Below are positions 12,442 to 25,455 of a stretch of DNA of 64,000 nt, piece after piece. The DNA lies in NCBI RefSeq assembly GCF_006345805.1, contig NC_043003.1, positions 101,680,001 through 101,744,000 of the forward strand, given 5' to 3'. Source of the DNA: Octopus sinensis (lineage: Eukaryota). The notes below the pieces were generated by a model, which saw only the letters and a list, made by a program, of their open reading frames with translations, was not told the origin of the DNA and ran no database searches. How positions within the stretch are numbered: position 1 is the first letter of the stretch; every line of letters begins with the position of its first letter. A program made the translations under genes and the position numbers.

Positions 12442-12549
12442 CTTCTTCCATTTTTCCTGTGTGCCAAATTAATACACTTTGTTGTTCTCTCACTCGCCTC
12501 TGCCTTTTATTTTTTGTACAATTTTGAACTAAACATGCACAAAATCTGA

Positions 12550-12893
12550 AAGCAACACAACACCCATGACTTTCAAAAACATTTATTTCACCCTCTGAAC
12601 TTCTGCAGCATGGAATAAACTACCCACATCAGTCATTAGCTGCCAGAACACTACATCCTTCAGCACTTCCATGCTTCCCCAAATTAACCAATACTACATA
12701 TGATTTTCTTTTCTTTTTTATTATGATTCATTCACTTCTTACTTTCCTGTCTCTTTGTGCATTATTCTGGGTACAGTACATACATTTTGGCTACCATTTC
12801 TGATGAGTTGTACATACATTTTGGCTACCAGTTCTGATGAGTTGTACCTTAGCACTGTATACAATAAGTTCATTATTATTATTATTATTATTA
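12550..12893 (+). mobile_element. CR1-type LINE 3' remnant with (ATT)n tail
   Basis: Translates ..AAWNKLPTSVISCQNTTSFSTS (WNxLP motif); 34-bp local duplication ~12776-12847; (att)n tail. Confidence 0.55.
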
Positions 12894-12898
12894 TAGTT

Positions 12899-13135
12899 AA
12901 GGCAGCAAGCTGGTAGAATCATTAGCATGCTGGGCAAAATGCTTCGTGGCATTTCATCCATCTTTACATTCTGAGTTCAAATTCCACCAAGATTGACTTT
13001 GCTTTTCATCCTTTCGGGCTCAACAAATTAAGTACCAGCCAAGTACTGGGGTCAATGTGATTGACACTCCCTCTCCCACAAAAATTTCAGGCCTTGTGCC
13101 TTTAGTAGAAAGAATTATTATTATTATTGTTATTA
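12899..13135 (+). mobile_element. tRNA-derived SINE with (ATT)n tail (representative; many copies, e.g. 3960-4400 -, 9060-9270 -, 22690-22900 -, 56760-57270 -)
   Basis: A/B-box-like ggcagcaagctggtagaatc..ttctgagttcaaattcc, core ttttcatcctttcggg..agtaccag..tactggggtcaatg, end ttcaggccttgtgcc + (att)n. Confidence 0.75.
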
Positions 13136-13151
13136 TATATATATATATATA

Positions 13152-13795
13152 TCATCATCATTTAGCATCCACTTTCCATGCTAGGATGGGTTGGACGGGT
13201 CAACTGGGGTCTGTGAAGCTGGAAGGCTTCGTCAGGCCCAGTCAGATCTGGCAGTGTTTCTATGGCTGGATGCCCTTCCTAACGCCAACCACTCCGCGAG
13301 TGTAGTGGGTGTTTTTTACGTGCCACCTGCACAGGTGCCAGACAGAGCTGGCGAACGGCCATGAACGGATGGTGCTTTTACGTGTCACCGGCACGGGGCC
13401 AGGCGATGCTGGCAACAGACACGAACGGATGGTGCTTTTACGTGCCACCGACACGGGGCCAGACAGAGCTGGCAACCGGCCACGAACGGACGGTGCTTTT
13501 ACGTGTCACCGGCACGGGGGCCAGCCGAGGCTGACAACGAACACGAACGGATGGTGCTTTTACGTGCCACCGACACGGGGGCCAGGCAGAGCTGGCAAAC
13601 GGCCACGAGCGAATGGTGCTTTTACGTATCACCGGCACGGGTGCCAGACGAGGCTGACAGCGGACATGAACGGATGGGTCACTTAACCCCTGCTTTCTGA
13701 TATATGATTTGATTTTGATTGTTCTCACTGGTCTTGCCGGGTCTTCTCACGCACGGCATACTTCCATAGGTCTCGGTCTCTGGTCATTTCCTTGA
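13152..13795 (-). mobile_element. RTE-LINE 3' end carrying a GC-rich ~60-bp minisatellite (about 6 units)
   Basis: (cat)n tail; units acgaacggatggtgcttttacgtg.caccg.cacgggg.cag...gctggcaa; RTE C-terminal remnant at ~13730-13795. Confidence 0.75.
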
Positions 13796-14919
13796 GGATA
13801 TAGTAGAAGATACAGAAAAAAATGACCCCAAATCCCAAAACCATGGGGTTATGAAAGAAACTTCACAACCACAAGATCAAAAATTTTGAAGGAAGTTTTA
13901 ACCAGTTAGATTAGTTCCAGTACTTGTGCTTATTTTATAGACCCAGGAGAGTTGAAAAATAAAGTTGAGTGATTTGAACTCAGAATGTAGAGAAATGGAA
14001 CAAATACTGCAAGGCATTTTGTCTGACATTCACACTGATAATTCACACATTTCACCTGTAACACTGGCAACCTCTTCCTAAGTTCTTCAATTCAGAAAAT
14101 AATTCCTATAATCTCTCATCCATTAAAGTATTGAAGGTAACAAACTAACAGAGTTGTTAAAACCTTGGTTAAGATGCTTTGCGGTATTTGTTCTGACATT
14201 CTGCAAGTTGAGTATCCTTAAAGCAACATCTGTGACAACACTGATGCCAAGCTGAAACAATCCCTTGAATAAACATCAGTGGAGTAGAGAGGAAGAGACT
14301 TGCATACCTGGGCAACTAGCAATCCCTTTCAAAAAATCCTGATTAGGCCTGCAAATACACGTGTTGAGGCATGGTCAATTTTGAACTGATTTTGGACATA
14401 GTCAATTTTGGAAGCCTTCTTAACTTCTAAACAATGGGAAAGAGTTGCATGATTGGTAAAAAGCAAAAAGAATCTCATTTTCTTAAGGGTAATTTTTATA
14501 CTTATCTTTACTTTAAATAAGTATAAAAACTATAATAATTGTTGGTCTCTGGCACAATGAAATGTACAATTTTATTATTGCAAAGTGCTGAAAATATTCA
14601 CTTTCCTTTGATGATTGCCGTATCCATGCAAAAATTGTTAAACATCAATTGATGATGTGTGCAGTTTAAGAATTGACTTTTCATGACTAGTAATTATGAA
14701 AGTGAGAAATTTACAGAGCAAGATTTGATCGTACATGAATAAAGGGACAGACAGACATAAGAAAGAGAAACAAACTAGAAGAGTTTTGGGGTGATAGTAA
14801 GAGGAAGATGAAGACAAAATAACAGAGACAATTTAAGATATAAAATACTGTTGACCCAGCCATCAGTAGTAATTTTTTTTTTATATATATGTTCTTACAT
14901 ATTGATTCTGGTGTAAGGG

Positions 14920-15085
14920 TCAGTGCCCAAAATCTTTGCTGACCCTCCGAGACCAGTGAAGTTGATGCTATTCATGTTCCTCTTGAACCTTTTTAAGTCA
15001 ACACCTGTGGGAAAGAAGATATGAGCTGGGAGGGAATTCCAGAGGATCAATGTCCTGGGAAGGAAAGACTTGGTGTAGTGGAAGG
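14920..15085 (-). mobile_element. CR1-type LINE 3' remnant
   Basis: Minus strand translates HYTKSFLPRTLILWNSLPAHIFFPTGVDLKRFK. Confidence 0.6.
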
Positions 15086-18037
15086 AAATGCAATTCTAAA
15101 ACAATGGATAAGACTAGCTTTTGAGTAATAAATGCCTTTAGAAATGTTCATCTTCAGGAACTGAGCTCAGACACTGACTCAAGAAATTATCCAACCCACC
15201 CCCCATCAAATCTTAAAGGGTCCAAAATTTTGGTATTTTTCAATCTTCTTAGGTTTAAAAAATGGTTTATTTAAAATTTTTTTTAAATCGTTCAACCCAT
15301 GCTAGCATGGAAAGCAGACATTAAATGATGATGATGATGATGATGAATGTGGTTTAGTCACTTTTTTAAAATTCGGATATTAAGACAACAAGATAAAAGA
15401 AAACACAAAACTCCTGGAAATATTTTAGAAATATAGATTTAATTAAAACCATCATTGTTAGTTAAAACTTGGAATCTTGCCTGTAATAATATGGCTGTCC
15501 AATAAGCTATACTTCTGGCAAATCAACAATGAAAGGATCAACTTGGGAATTATTAACAGCTTTGGTAAATTATCCAAAAACAAAACAAAAGAAAAAAGAG
15601 AGAGGGGCAAAAAGAAAAAAAATTCCCAACAGTTCAGCTCTCTAAAACGCTGAATGATTTTCGGCACTCAATATAGCTGGGAGAAAATACGAACATCCTC
15701 ATGTTCAGATCTCTATCACATAAAATACTAGGAAAGCTGAATGATGCAGAAAAAAAAAAATAAAGTTCAGCAGTTTTAAAGACTGAAAAGAAAAAAAAAA
15801 AGAGAAGAGGGTGGTGGTGGTGGTGATTGTAATACAAAACAATATCCCATTATGCAGGGATTTTGAAACTTAACAAAGCCATCCAGATATTGAACGGTGC
15901 TTAGGCAGCAATGAAACAATTTTAACATTGAAATTTTAGAGAATATCAAAGAATGAACTTTTGCATTCTGCCTTAATATCCAAACATTGATTATTTTCAA
16001 ACAGCCTGTCCAGGTTAAATAAGTTTTTTAAGCTCATACAATACATGAAATTGTTACTCCCGATACCTTATCATTCATGGTCTGACATCCATTTTTGAGA
16101 GCAAAACAAGGATAATGCTAGTGTTGTGAAGAGAAGAAATTTATAAAGTTTTAAATAGAGCCCTGATTCACATAATGGGGGCCCTCTATGTAATACAAGG
16201 TATATGAAGAATATTTGCCCTTTATCTAACTGCTTTTTGCTTTGCAGAGTACCACAAAAGTGAGCGCTTTCTCATTTTTACCTTTGTTTTACACACACAA
16301 ACTATGTATATTTTAGAAGATTTTGATATTTCATTTATTTTTCTTATTATGTCAAGATTCCTTTTCATTTCAATGTCACACAGAAGTGAAGACATGCATT
16401 CTTTGAGAGTATACAACAAGTGTATACCAAAATATATATCTATATCTACACACACACACACACATTGTAATCCAGTGACTTGTTACATGCATGCATGTAT
16501 GAATGAATGAATGCATGCATGCATGTCTACATGTAACCCATTAAATGCAGTGTCAGATGAGTTTAAAAATATTATTCACATGCTAATATCTTATAGTAGT
16601 AGTTGTCTTGCAGAACAGGTAAACAATCAAAAGTGTTCCAACCAAGAACATACCACCTTTTTCTCAGGCATTGTATATCTGGGAACCTAATTATCCAAAT
16701 GTGTCTCTCCAATTTCAAGATGACAGAGTGTAATTTAAGAGTTATCTTACAGACTAAATTACAGCTAGAATGGTCCTCAGACACTAGACAATTTGTCTAA
16801 CCTAGCAGACACAAGTTTAAATGTCAAATTTACTCCAACTAATCAAGTATTTTCACACACACACACACACACACTAATCTTAATTTAGGGAAACATATCT
16901 TAGAGACAACTAGCAATAACTCATAAATGTATCCAAACTACTGAACGAGTTGACCGACTGGAGTGATAGTGGAAGTGTATAATGCCAAAGATGATGACAA
17001 TGATGATGGCGATGAAGATGATAACATGGCATAATGATAAGAATTTTCAGTTTGATAGTTGAGGCAAATACCAGGATTTGTAAATCCTCTAAGCCAGGCT
17101 AGCATTGAAATGAGAAAGGAAAGTAGAGAATCATAGATTTTTATAAAGTAAAAATCTGAGAATCCAGAATCTGAGGAATCCATTGTGAGTCTGTGCTGGC
17201 AAAAGTAATCCAAAGGAATGCAATAAAATAAATGTAACATAGCAGCTGTTGCATTTGTTGGAAAAGAAATGGGGGAAAAAAAAATCATCAATGTTTTTAG
17301 GTGCAGGCACTTTTCCAATTTAGAGAGAATACAAGGAAGACAACAACAACAAAAAATTAAAATCTGTGTTGCAATTTGTAATAATAATGGATCTTTTGGA
17401 GGTTACTGAGTGGTTATGTGATTTGTAATTATTAGGAAGATGTATGGTGAGCAGAAACACGTAGCATGGGCAAAAAGAAGTTTCAAGTGCAGTATCAGAG
17501 TCAATACCTTCCTGTCTACGTTCGTTCCTACATGCAGATGAACACACACACACACACACTGTGCACATACATATTCTTGTGCCCATATACATTGACACAC
17601 ACATCAACTCTTCTACAGCTGCTTACCTAAGCCCGTTTCTACTGCACAGAAACCACATACCTACCTACCACTTATTACATCTATTACTGCCACAAATATT
17701 CTATAGCAAATAACATGAATTTTTTTTCTTTCCTCTATCTTGCAAAAGGGATTGCATCTGAACAAAACATTGACAATGTTCCCCTCTTATCACAGCTACA
17801 TGATACATTTTATGACTTCCCTACAGATTTATAAAAAACTTAAAGACACATACAAATAACCTCTTCACTTACATTAGAGCTGCCACATTTTAAAAACATT
17901 TTGTGTGGCTATTAACATGCATTCATCTCTAGAAATACATATTGACATTTTAGATGAACAAATCTATGTCTTTTAGTTCTTTAATTTGTTTTAGTTATTG
18001 TGGCCAAGGCCATGGTAGAGCACCACTGTCAAATAGT

Positions 18038-19099
18038 TTAAAATTCTGGAAAAATCTGGGCTTTGAGTATAAGAGTGTCATTGAGGACATAAGTGGAATT
18101 ATCTAATTCACTAAGTGGCACATACTCCATGTATCCAAAACCCTTGTGGTTGCGATGGGTTGTTGGTTTCTGGAAAGCATCTAATGTTGGTTTTGATATC
18201 AAAGATTCAACAGAGTGTCGCCTCTCTTCTATATTTGGGTTCTGGTCTATGACAGATAAAATTATTTTACCTCGAAATGGCCATGTTAAGGTGTCATCCC
18301 ATTCTCCTTGCATGAAGTGAATAAAAACAGACAAATGTGTTCCCTGAGAATAGTCGACTCCATTAAGGTTGCATCTCATACATAATTTGTAACCATAGTA
18401 ATTGGAATAAAATGGTGGGCTATGCAGAACTGGCATTTCACCACTAATAGCTTTATGTCTGTGCCGTAAATAATTTTTTATTTTCCAGATGTATAGTCCA
18501 TTACACAATCGTCCTTCTAACTCGGTGAGACGATTAACCTTTTCTTCAATAGCACGTAGCTTTTGTTGTGTTTCCTTGTTGATGCGTTCAATGTGGTCAT
18601 GCCGAAACTGCAGTTCAAGCAACTCATGGCTGTGCCTGGCCAAGCTCTCTTCTTGGTAGATATTTCGTTCTTTCAACGATTGAAACTCAAAATCAAAAAT
18701 ATCGGATGAAGATGCAGTATCTCCTGCATTACATTTTGCTAAATTAGGCACCTTTACGGATTGGCTGCGTATAATAGGAACGTTTGGTGGAAGAGATGGT
18801 AATGGCTGTGAAATACTTGAGATAGTACGAGAAGGACCCTGCGAAAATTTCAGCATATTAGCTTCTGCATTTCCTGAAGCCCCTCCTTCTGCATTTTGTA
18901 ATAAAGTTGGTAAATCTCCAACTATTTCTGGATCAGTTACATTCGGCTGACTCTGACTCACTGCATTTCCAGTTTCAATCGAAGACAAGATACTTTCAAT
19001 ATTTTGGAAGTTGAGAAGCTTTACAAAAGCATGACACAACAGCTGCAGATGTTTCTGGACATTTGTTTTCATGTGTTTCTCCATCTTGAGTCGTTCAAT
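18038..19099 (-). CDS. TRAF6: TRAF6 final coding exon (end of zinc fingers, linker, coiled coil, MATH/TRAF-C domain)
   Basis: Acceptor tctttcag|ATT GAA CGA (phase 0). MATH motifs NGLYIWKI, HSPPFY..YGYKLCMR, HLSVFIHFMQGEWDDTLTWPF, KGFGY, DTLILK; stop TAA 18038-18040. Confidence 0.95.
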   Translation of the reverse strand: MERLKMEKHMKTNVQKHLQLLCHAFVKLLNFQNIESILSSIETGNAVSQSQPNVTDPEIVGDLPTLLQNAEGGASGNAEANMLKFSQGPSRTISSISQPLPSLPPNVPIIRSQSVKVPNLAKCNAGDTASSSDIFDFEFQSLKERNIYQEESLARHSHELLELQFRHDHIERINKETQQKLRAIEEKVNRLTELEGRLCNGLYIWKIKNYLRHRHKAISGEMPVLHSPPFYSNYYGYKLCMRCNLNGVDYSQGTHLSVFIHFMQGEWDDTLTWPFRGKIILSVIDQNPNIEERRHSVESLISKPTLDAFQKPTTHRNHKGFGYMEYVPLSELDNSTYVLNDTLILKAQIFPEF

Positions 19100-19889
19100 C
19101 TGAAAGAGATATGGATTTTTTGGAGTTTTTTTATATAATAGATGAGCTGATTAGGTAGGGAAATTGAGAGGGTTGTGCTGTATTTATGCCTTTCATGGAA
19201 GCATAATTTAAATGCTCTAAATGAGAATCAATACCTACCTGTAATCTTTAATCAAAGTCATACAGAAATATCACTTAAATATGTAACATACTTTAAATAT
19301 TGCAACTTGTTTCATATATTGTGACATGGCTCAAATGCCAAGACCTGTTCTCTATACACCACAACTTGTTTCATATATCATAACCTATTTTAAGCATTGT
19401 GGTGACCTATCTTGTGTACCATCATCTTGTTTTATACATCAAGCTATGTGGAATAAGTAAACTCAGAATGTAAAGAGTTGGAACAAGTGTAGCAAGGTAT
19501 TTCATCTGAGGCTCTAATGATTTTGCCAACCCATTGCCCTAATATTAATGATGACAACAATGATAATGCTATATTTACAATAGTTTCTATAACACAAAAC
19601 CAAAGATGCAGCTTATACACAAAGTTAAGAAATCTTGTCTAAAGATTTTCATCATTATCATCACAACCAACTGCTACCATAAATATCAAACCACACTTGT
19701 TCACTTGGACAGATTGATAATAAGGACGAGACTTATGCTTTTCTATATCTCTGGAAACAGTAACAGTCAACAACAACAGAAGGAGAGACTAGTCATACAA
19801 GAATCACAAAACTTGTGGCTCTTGGGTGAAGCCAAAGGTATGCTATCTGGAGATTTGGCTGTCATTTCAAGGGCTGGATAAATGAAGAC

Positions 19890-20822
19890 GGTATTAAATA
19901 CTGTAATTAAACTAAGTGTGGCATATGAGACAGACCAGGGGCCTCCTAAAAATAAAATCACTTCTAATATTGAACTATTTCTGTGCAGACAAGATGGAAG
20001 AATGAAAAACGCTGTGTTGCTGAACACAACCACAGTATGATAACAGCTGGTTTCACATCTTTGCCACAACCTTTAGTTGTGGGAATTAATAAGCCATTGA
20101 AGGACAAGATATATATCATATGTGAATGATGTAGGTCATTCTGGCTATTAGGAACGGACCAAAAGTTGTTAACTCCAAGAAGCTGAGCTTTCTTACAACA
20201 TGGTGTGTAAAAAAGGCTTGGGATGATGTTTTAACAGAGAGTGTGAAGAAGAGATTCCTAGAGGCAGGGCCAACAAATAAAAGGGTGGAGATGGGTTGGG
20301 GTCAAATCCTTTTGTGGGCTGATGACCAAGACATCTAAGAAGATGGAATAATGGAAGCATCATGGGATGTGAATGGAAATTTGATATAGCAGGAATGAGA
20401 GGTTGTTTTTGGCACTAACAATGGTGACGAATCTAAATTTGATCACTTTTAACTGGATTGAAAGTTAAAAATCAACAGTTAATTTCATATTCTGTGATTA
20501 ATGTTAAATGCTCTTTGATTAAAGCTAATTTAAGAGCTTTTAATGAATTCTTTGACATAATACTTTTCAGTCAAGTCTCTTATGTATGAATGTAGTGGCT
20601 ATTTCAAAATCCAGTTTCTAATATATTTTGTTAATGTGTTCAGCATGGCTACTTATTTAATTGTTTAACTTTTTTACTAACAATTAAACACATAACTAAA
20701 TTTAAATAGCTCACTGGCTGTTCTAATTTTGTTTTCCATGGTAATTTTGATTATAAAAATTCTGTAGAACTTTTCCAAGCAACAAATAGGGTGGCATGAC
20801 TTCTACATGAGGAAATATGGTA
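19890..20822 (+). mobile_element. Highly decayed pogo/Tc2-type DNA transposon
   Basis: PQPLVVGINKPLKD (QPLDxxxNKPFK motif) at ~20064-20105; right end ..gaggaaatatggta resembles a pogo TIR + TA. Left boundary uncertain. Confidence 0.5.
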
Positions 20823-20842
20823 ATTTTAAAGAGCTTACTTAC

Positions 20843-20920
20843 TTCTTTATTACATCCAAAAATGTAGAAACAACATTTGATGGCTGCATTAGGACAGTCA
20901 ACTGCAATATGTTCTGGTAC
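20843..20920 (-). CDS. TRAF6: TRAF6 coding exon 5 (78 bp, zinc finger); not in the ORF track
   Basis: tttgtag|GTA...GAA|gtaagt; encodes VPEHIAVDCPNAAIKCCFYIFGCNKE, phase 0/0. Confidence 0.93.
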
Positions 20921-22954
20921 CTACAAATATAAGGTAGGATATAACAAATAGACACACTAAAGTAAGAAAGACTTCAAATTAATGCATTTATGCTACACAG
21001 AAATTTTAAAAAATAACTATCTTTAATAATAACTGATATAAATATTGTTTGGCTGATTGGTTGATTACCTCAGTTGCACTTGACATTGAATAAAGAATGG
21101 GCAAGAGAGTAAAAAGGAAATACATAAGAAGTGAGGAGGAGTATCTTGTAACTTTCTGAAAAATACAGATTTTTTTTAAAATTGCAGAGATATGCTTCTG
21201 ATGAAGTAGATTGGAGTTATGTTGATAAAATCTAGAAAAATAATAATATATTTATTGCAAATATACAAAGGTGAAATTAATTTTTAATTTTATTTTAAGG
21301 TAATAAATATTTTTCGTTTGAAAGCTAATATTCATTTCATTGTTTTGTAAAAAATACCAAGAAATTTGATAAAAGTTAAATTATGTTTTTTGTTGTCTGG
21401 TATTGGAGACATGTTTCCTAGTAATTTTGGGGTGCTGATTTCAAAAATGAAATCCATTTTGCTCTATCACATTAAGATATTTCAACTAACTCAAATTCCA
21501 TTTCTGACATTTCCGGGATTGTCACCATTTCTAATAATAGATTTGGCTTCATCAAATGGAGCTTGGCATAACTTTCATAATATAGTTTTTCAATATCATT
21601 TAAAGTAAATGCAACTACAAAAGTGAAAACAAAAGTCAGGATTTAAGTATCTCGAGTAAATAAAATGCATGAAACTTGAGCAACTTTCACTATTTTCAAT
21701 CTAACCAGTTTTAAAATGTCATGGTGATGATAGAAATGTCCTTTATACAATCAGTTGCTAATAAACAAGATATTTTTGTGGTCCTTGACATTATATATGT
21801 CACATATTTGTGGAATGTATCTGCAGATATCCCTGTGCAACTATTTTTTCATGAAAGTTGGAATTTTGAATGTTTTAATTGTGTTGACACAGGGGTCAAG
21901 GTCACTTTTTATCAAACATGGTCAAAGAACAGTAGTGTTGATATGTATACAAATCTACATCTACTGTCATTATAATCAACTCTATTATTTTCAGGAATTG
22001 TCCGATACTTATTTTATCAATGCCACCCAACAATCAAAAGGATGATAGTCAAATTAAGCATTGCAGGATATTTGAACTCACAATATAGAAGGTTGTAACC
22101 AAATACTGCAAGTCAAAGTGTATGGTGCTCTAGCAATTCTGCCAAATCATACCTTTACGAAAATCATTTTTCTTATTGGTCACAACGTTTTGGTGTCAGC
22201 ACAATTTAATATTAAATAAAAAAAAACAATAAAATAACAAAAAAAACCCCAACTGAGGGGAATGCAGCCACAATAGGGCCAATCAAGAAACCTCACAGAT
22301 TCAAAATTACCCTTACCAACAAGGACAAGTGTCTTCTCCCAGCTTCACTGTCCAGCCAATAGGTATACTTATTCACTAGAGCCAGGTCTGCTACTTTCAT
22401 CTACCTTTCAATAAATTTATTAGTGAACAAAAATTTCCTCTCTACTGTCATCTTCAAGTGAAAAAAATCCAATGAATGCTTGAATAAAGAAGGTGTTTGT
22501 CTTTAATCTTTTCAGTTGTCCGTCACAGTAGAGTTGTTAGTGTTGGGTCAAATGTTTCATGGTATTTGTCCCATTTCTCTGTGCTTTGAGTTCAAATTCC
22601 ATCAAGGCCAGCTTTGTCTTTCCTTTTGGGCCGATAAAAGAAAATATACCAGTCAAGGATGGTGGACTAATAGAAAAATTAGTGTAGGATGAAAGGCAAA
22701 GTCAACCTTGAAGGAATTTGAACTCAGAACATAGAGAATGAGAAGAAATATTGTAAAGCGTTTTGTCTGACCTGCAAACAATTCTGCCAGCTTGCCACCT
22801 TAATAATAATGACAATAAAATGTTTTTTGATACTAAAGTTACAAGGCCTGAAATTTTGCAGAAAGATGCTAGTGGATTACATTGATTGACCCCAGTATTC
22901 AAACATCAATAGAGTCAGTATGTGTGTATGTGCGTGTGCATGTATGTGTATGTA

Positions 22955-23037
<83 letters not shown>

Positions 23038-23103
23038 TAGATAGAAGAAAACAAGGGAAACCTTTCTTAGGAAACAAGAGTAGAAAATGAAAAATATATT
23101 TAC

Positions 23104-23175
23104 CATGACCCTAAGGACATCTGCTTTACAAAAAGAACATGGAACTAACTGCTTGGGACAAACCCCTTCATGTTC
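23104..23175 (-). CDS. TRAF6: TRAF6 coding exon 4 (72 bp, zinc finger)
   Basis: ttcttcag|GAA...ATG|gtaaat; encodes EHEGVCPKQLVPCSFCKADVLRVM, phase 0/0. Confidence 0.93.
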
Positions 23176-23849
23176 CTGAAGAAAGAAGGCCATCGTCTTT
23201 TAGTAACAAAAATAAAAAGGCTCAAATCACAATTTAGACTAAAACTGTGATACAAAAAAACAATCTACAACAGATACATAAATAGTAAAAACAGGGTACC
23301 TAGAATATTATAAGGTCAGTATGGCATTACATATTGGCCATTGTAGTATTGTGAATGGTTGATATAGTAGTGTAAGGCCAAGAAGGTATAATATATTGGC
23401 CAAGATGGTTTATATGTTGGATGACATTTTTTTCTATTGATTTGGTCTGGAGAAAATGGCTGTGCTCAAAGCAATTGCAGGTACTCTCGGACTAGAGAGG
23501 TAGATACCACAAACCTTTTTCTTAAACTGTTTCAAGCTGAAACAATAATAGTGGACAGGGCAGTGTTAGACAATTAGGGTATTACACATTAATTGTTATA
23601 AATGGATGGCAAGGAATATAATATAAGATCACAATTAAATTACTTAATGAACATAGCACAGTGTAGCTAGAGTTGTGTTAATTCACTGGTTTAAGTGGAT
23701 GGTAGCTAGAGCAGTTAGAAGCAAGTGATGTTATTTATTAGTTAAGATGGTATTATATATGAATAGTATTAAATTATAATGTTGCTATATATAGCAAAAC
23801 TGTGTTTATATGAATTATGTGTACCTTACACTTCATAATACAACTCTGT

Positions 23850-24855
23850 TTCTCTTTTGCTGCAGATATTTATTTTTGAATAAGTAAAAATGCATAATCT
23901 ATCTGATTTCCAAAGCGGGCTAATAGTTGGAGCGCAGGTGGCTGAAGCTACAGAATTGCTTAATGTTTTGGGAAGTACAGTCTCTGAAAGCCTGTTAGCA
24001 TACTAAAGTAAGGAAAAACCAGCTCTGGTAAGCATAATTCTAGACAGAAGGCAAAGTTCTCAGAGAGGAACTACAGAATGATAAAATGTACTGTGTCAGA
24101 AAACAATCAAACTATAGCAGCAAAAGTGACAACAGAGCTAAACAACCACCATGCCAGCCTTGTGCCAATCAATTCTGCTTGCCATAAGCACCATAAAACC
24201 ACATACCATGGGAAGGCTACAACTGCTAAAATCTCTCCTGTCCCCCATCAATAGTGATAAGCAAAAAAGAAAGAAAAAAAAATCTAGCCTATCAGAAGCG
24301 GTCAATGGCTTAATGAGACACTTATCTCTGATAAATCATCATTCACCCTTTTTTCCTCACTTTAGTGTGAGTTTATGTCTGGGGACAGCCCAAAGAAGAT
24401 ATCAACTCTGGCTGTTTAGTCCCTACCATGAAGCATGGAGGTGGTTCTCTGATTATTTGGACAAACATATTAAAGAATTCCATTGGTTCTTTAGTTGTTC
24501 TACAGGATTATCTGAGTATATTTGCTGATCATGTTCATCCAATGATACAAATACACAATCTACCAGGATGATAATGTACTGATTCACACAGTTAGGGTTA
24601 GTTTGATTGTTTTCTGACACAGTATTCAAAATTTATATAAAGAACCCAAAAGTGAAGTAGCATTTTGGAATAGCAAGTGGGGAGCTGTTTGCTTCTACCA
24701 TTGTCACTGAAAGAGCTAAAACAGGTTTTATTTGAATATTCTATTAACAACCAACCATTCAGAACCTGTACAAGTACATTCCTTGACAAAAAGCTGTAAC
24801 TGATGCCCTAAGTAAACCAACTCCTTATTGAATGGTTTTGTTCAACCCCAGTGTG
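23850..24855 (+). mobile_element. Decayed Tc1-like transposon
   Basis: Remnants LSDFQSGLIVGAQVA (~23898), CLVPTMKHGGGSLIIW (~24413-24460), QDDNVLIHT (~24565). Boundaries approximate. Confidence 0.65.
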
Positions 24856-25455
24856 TGTATATATATCCCAGTGTGTGTGTGTTTGTACAGATAGATAGAC
24901 AGACCCATGATCAAAAAAGCATTCCAGCTATGACCAAAACATCTTTTTCTGGCACACAGTGTATTTATGACTACATTATCTTATGTATCCTATCTTATAT
25001 ATTAAAGACAGAGTATGATTTTGAGGGAGAGTTGGCTCCTATTTCTTGAAGGTCAATCATCTGTGAAAAGCCTCCCTGAATGGCACTGTACTTTTACTTT
25101 TGCATGAGGGCAGAATGTAATCTTCTCGCCAGAATTCTGTCAGTGGATCTATCGGTCATGGAGTATTTCAACACCCTAACAATTTCAAGTTTAATAGCTG
25201 CAGACAGACTCATTCACATATCCTATAATTCTGACATTATATGAGCCACCTCACTCTCTGCTATAAGCCTTGCTCAGTTGAAGGAGCTGTTAGTCATGCA
25301 AACTACATGGTGCCATGAAAAAAGCATCCAGTGGTTGACATTAGGAAGAGGATCAAGCCATAGAAACCATGCTAAAGCAGACATTGGAGTATGATGCAGT
25401 CTTCAGACCAGTGAGATCCTGTGAAACTGTCCAACCTGTGCCAGCATGGAACATA

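Noticed and set aside
12790-12850. CTGATGA motifs (also at 34809) as hammerhead cores
   Set aside because: No stem II plus GAAA or cleavage triplet follows.
13300-13680. CRISPR-like repeat/spacer appearance (also 63200-63545)
   Set aside because: The 'spacers' are homologous to each other, there are no cas genes and the context is a eukaryotic LINE 3' UTR: a minisatellite.
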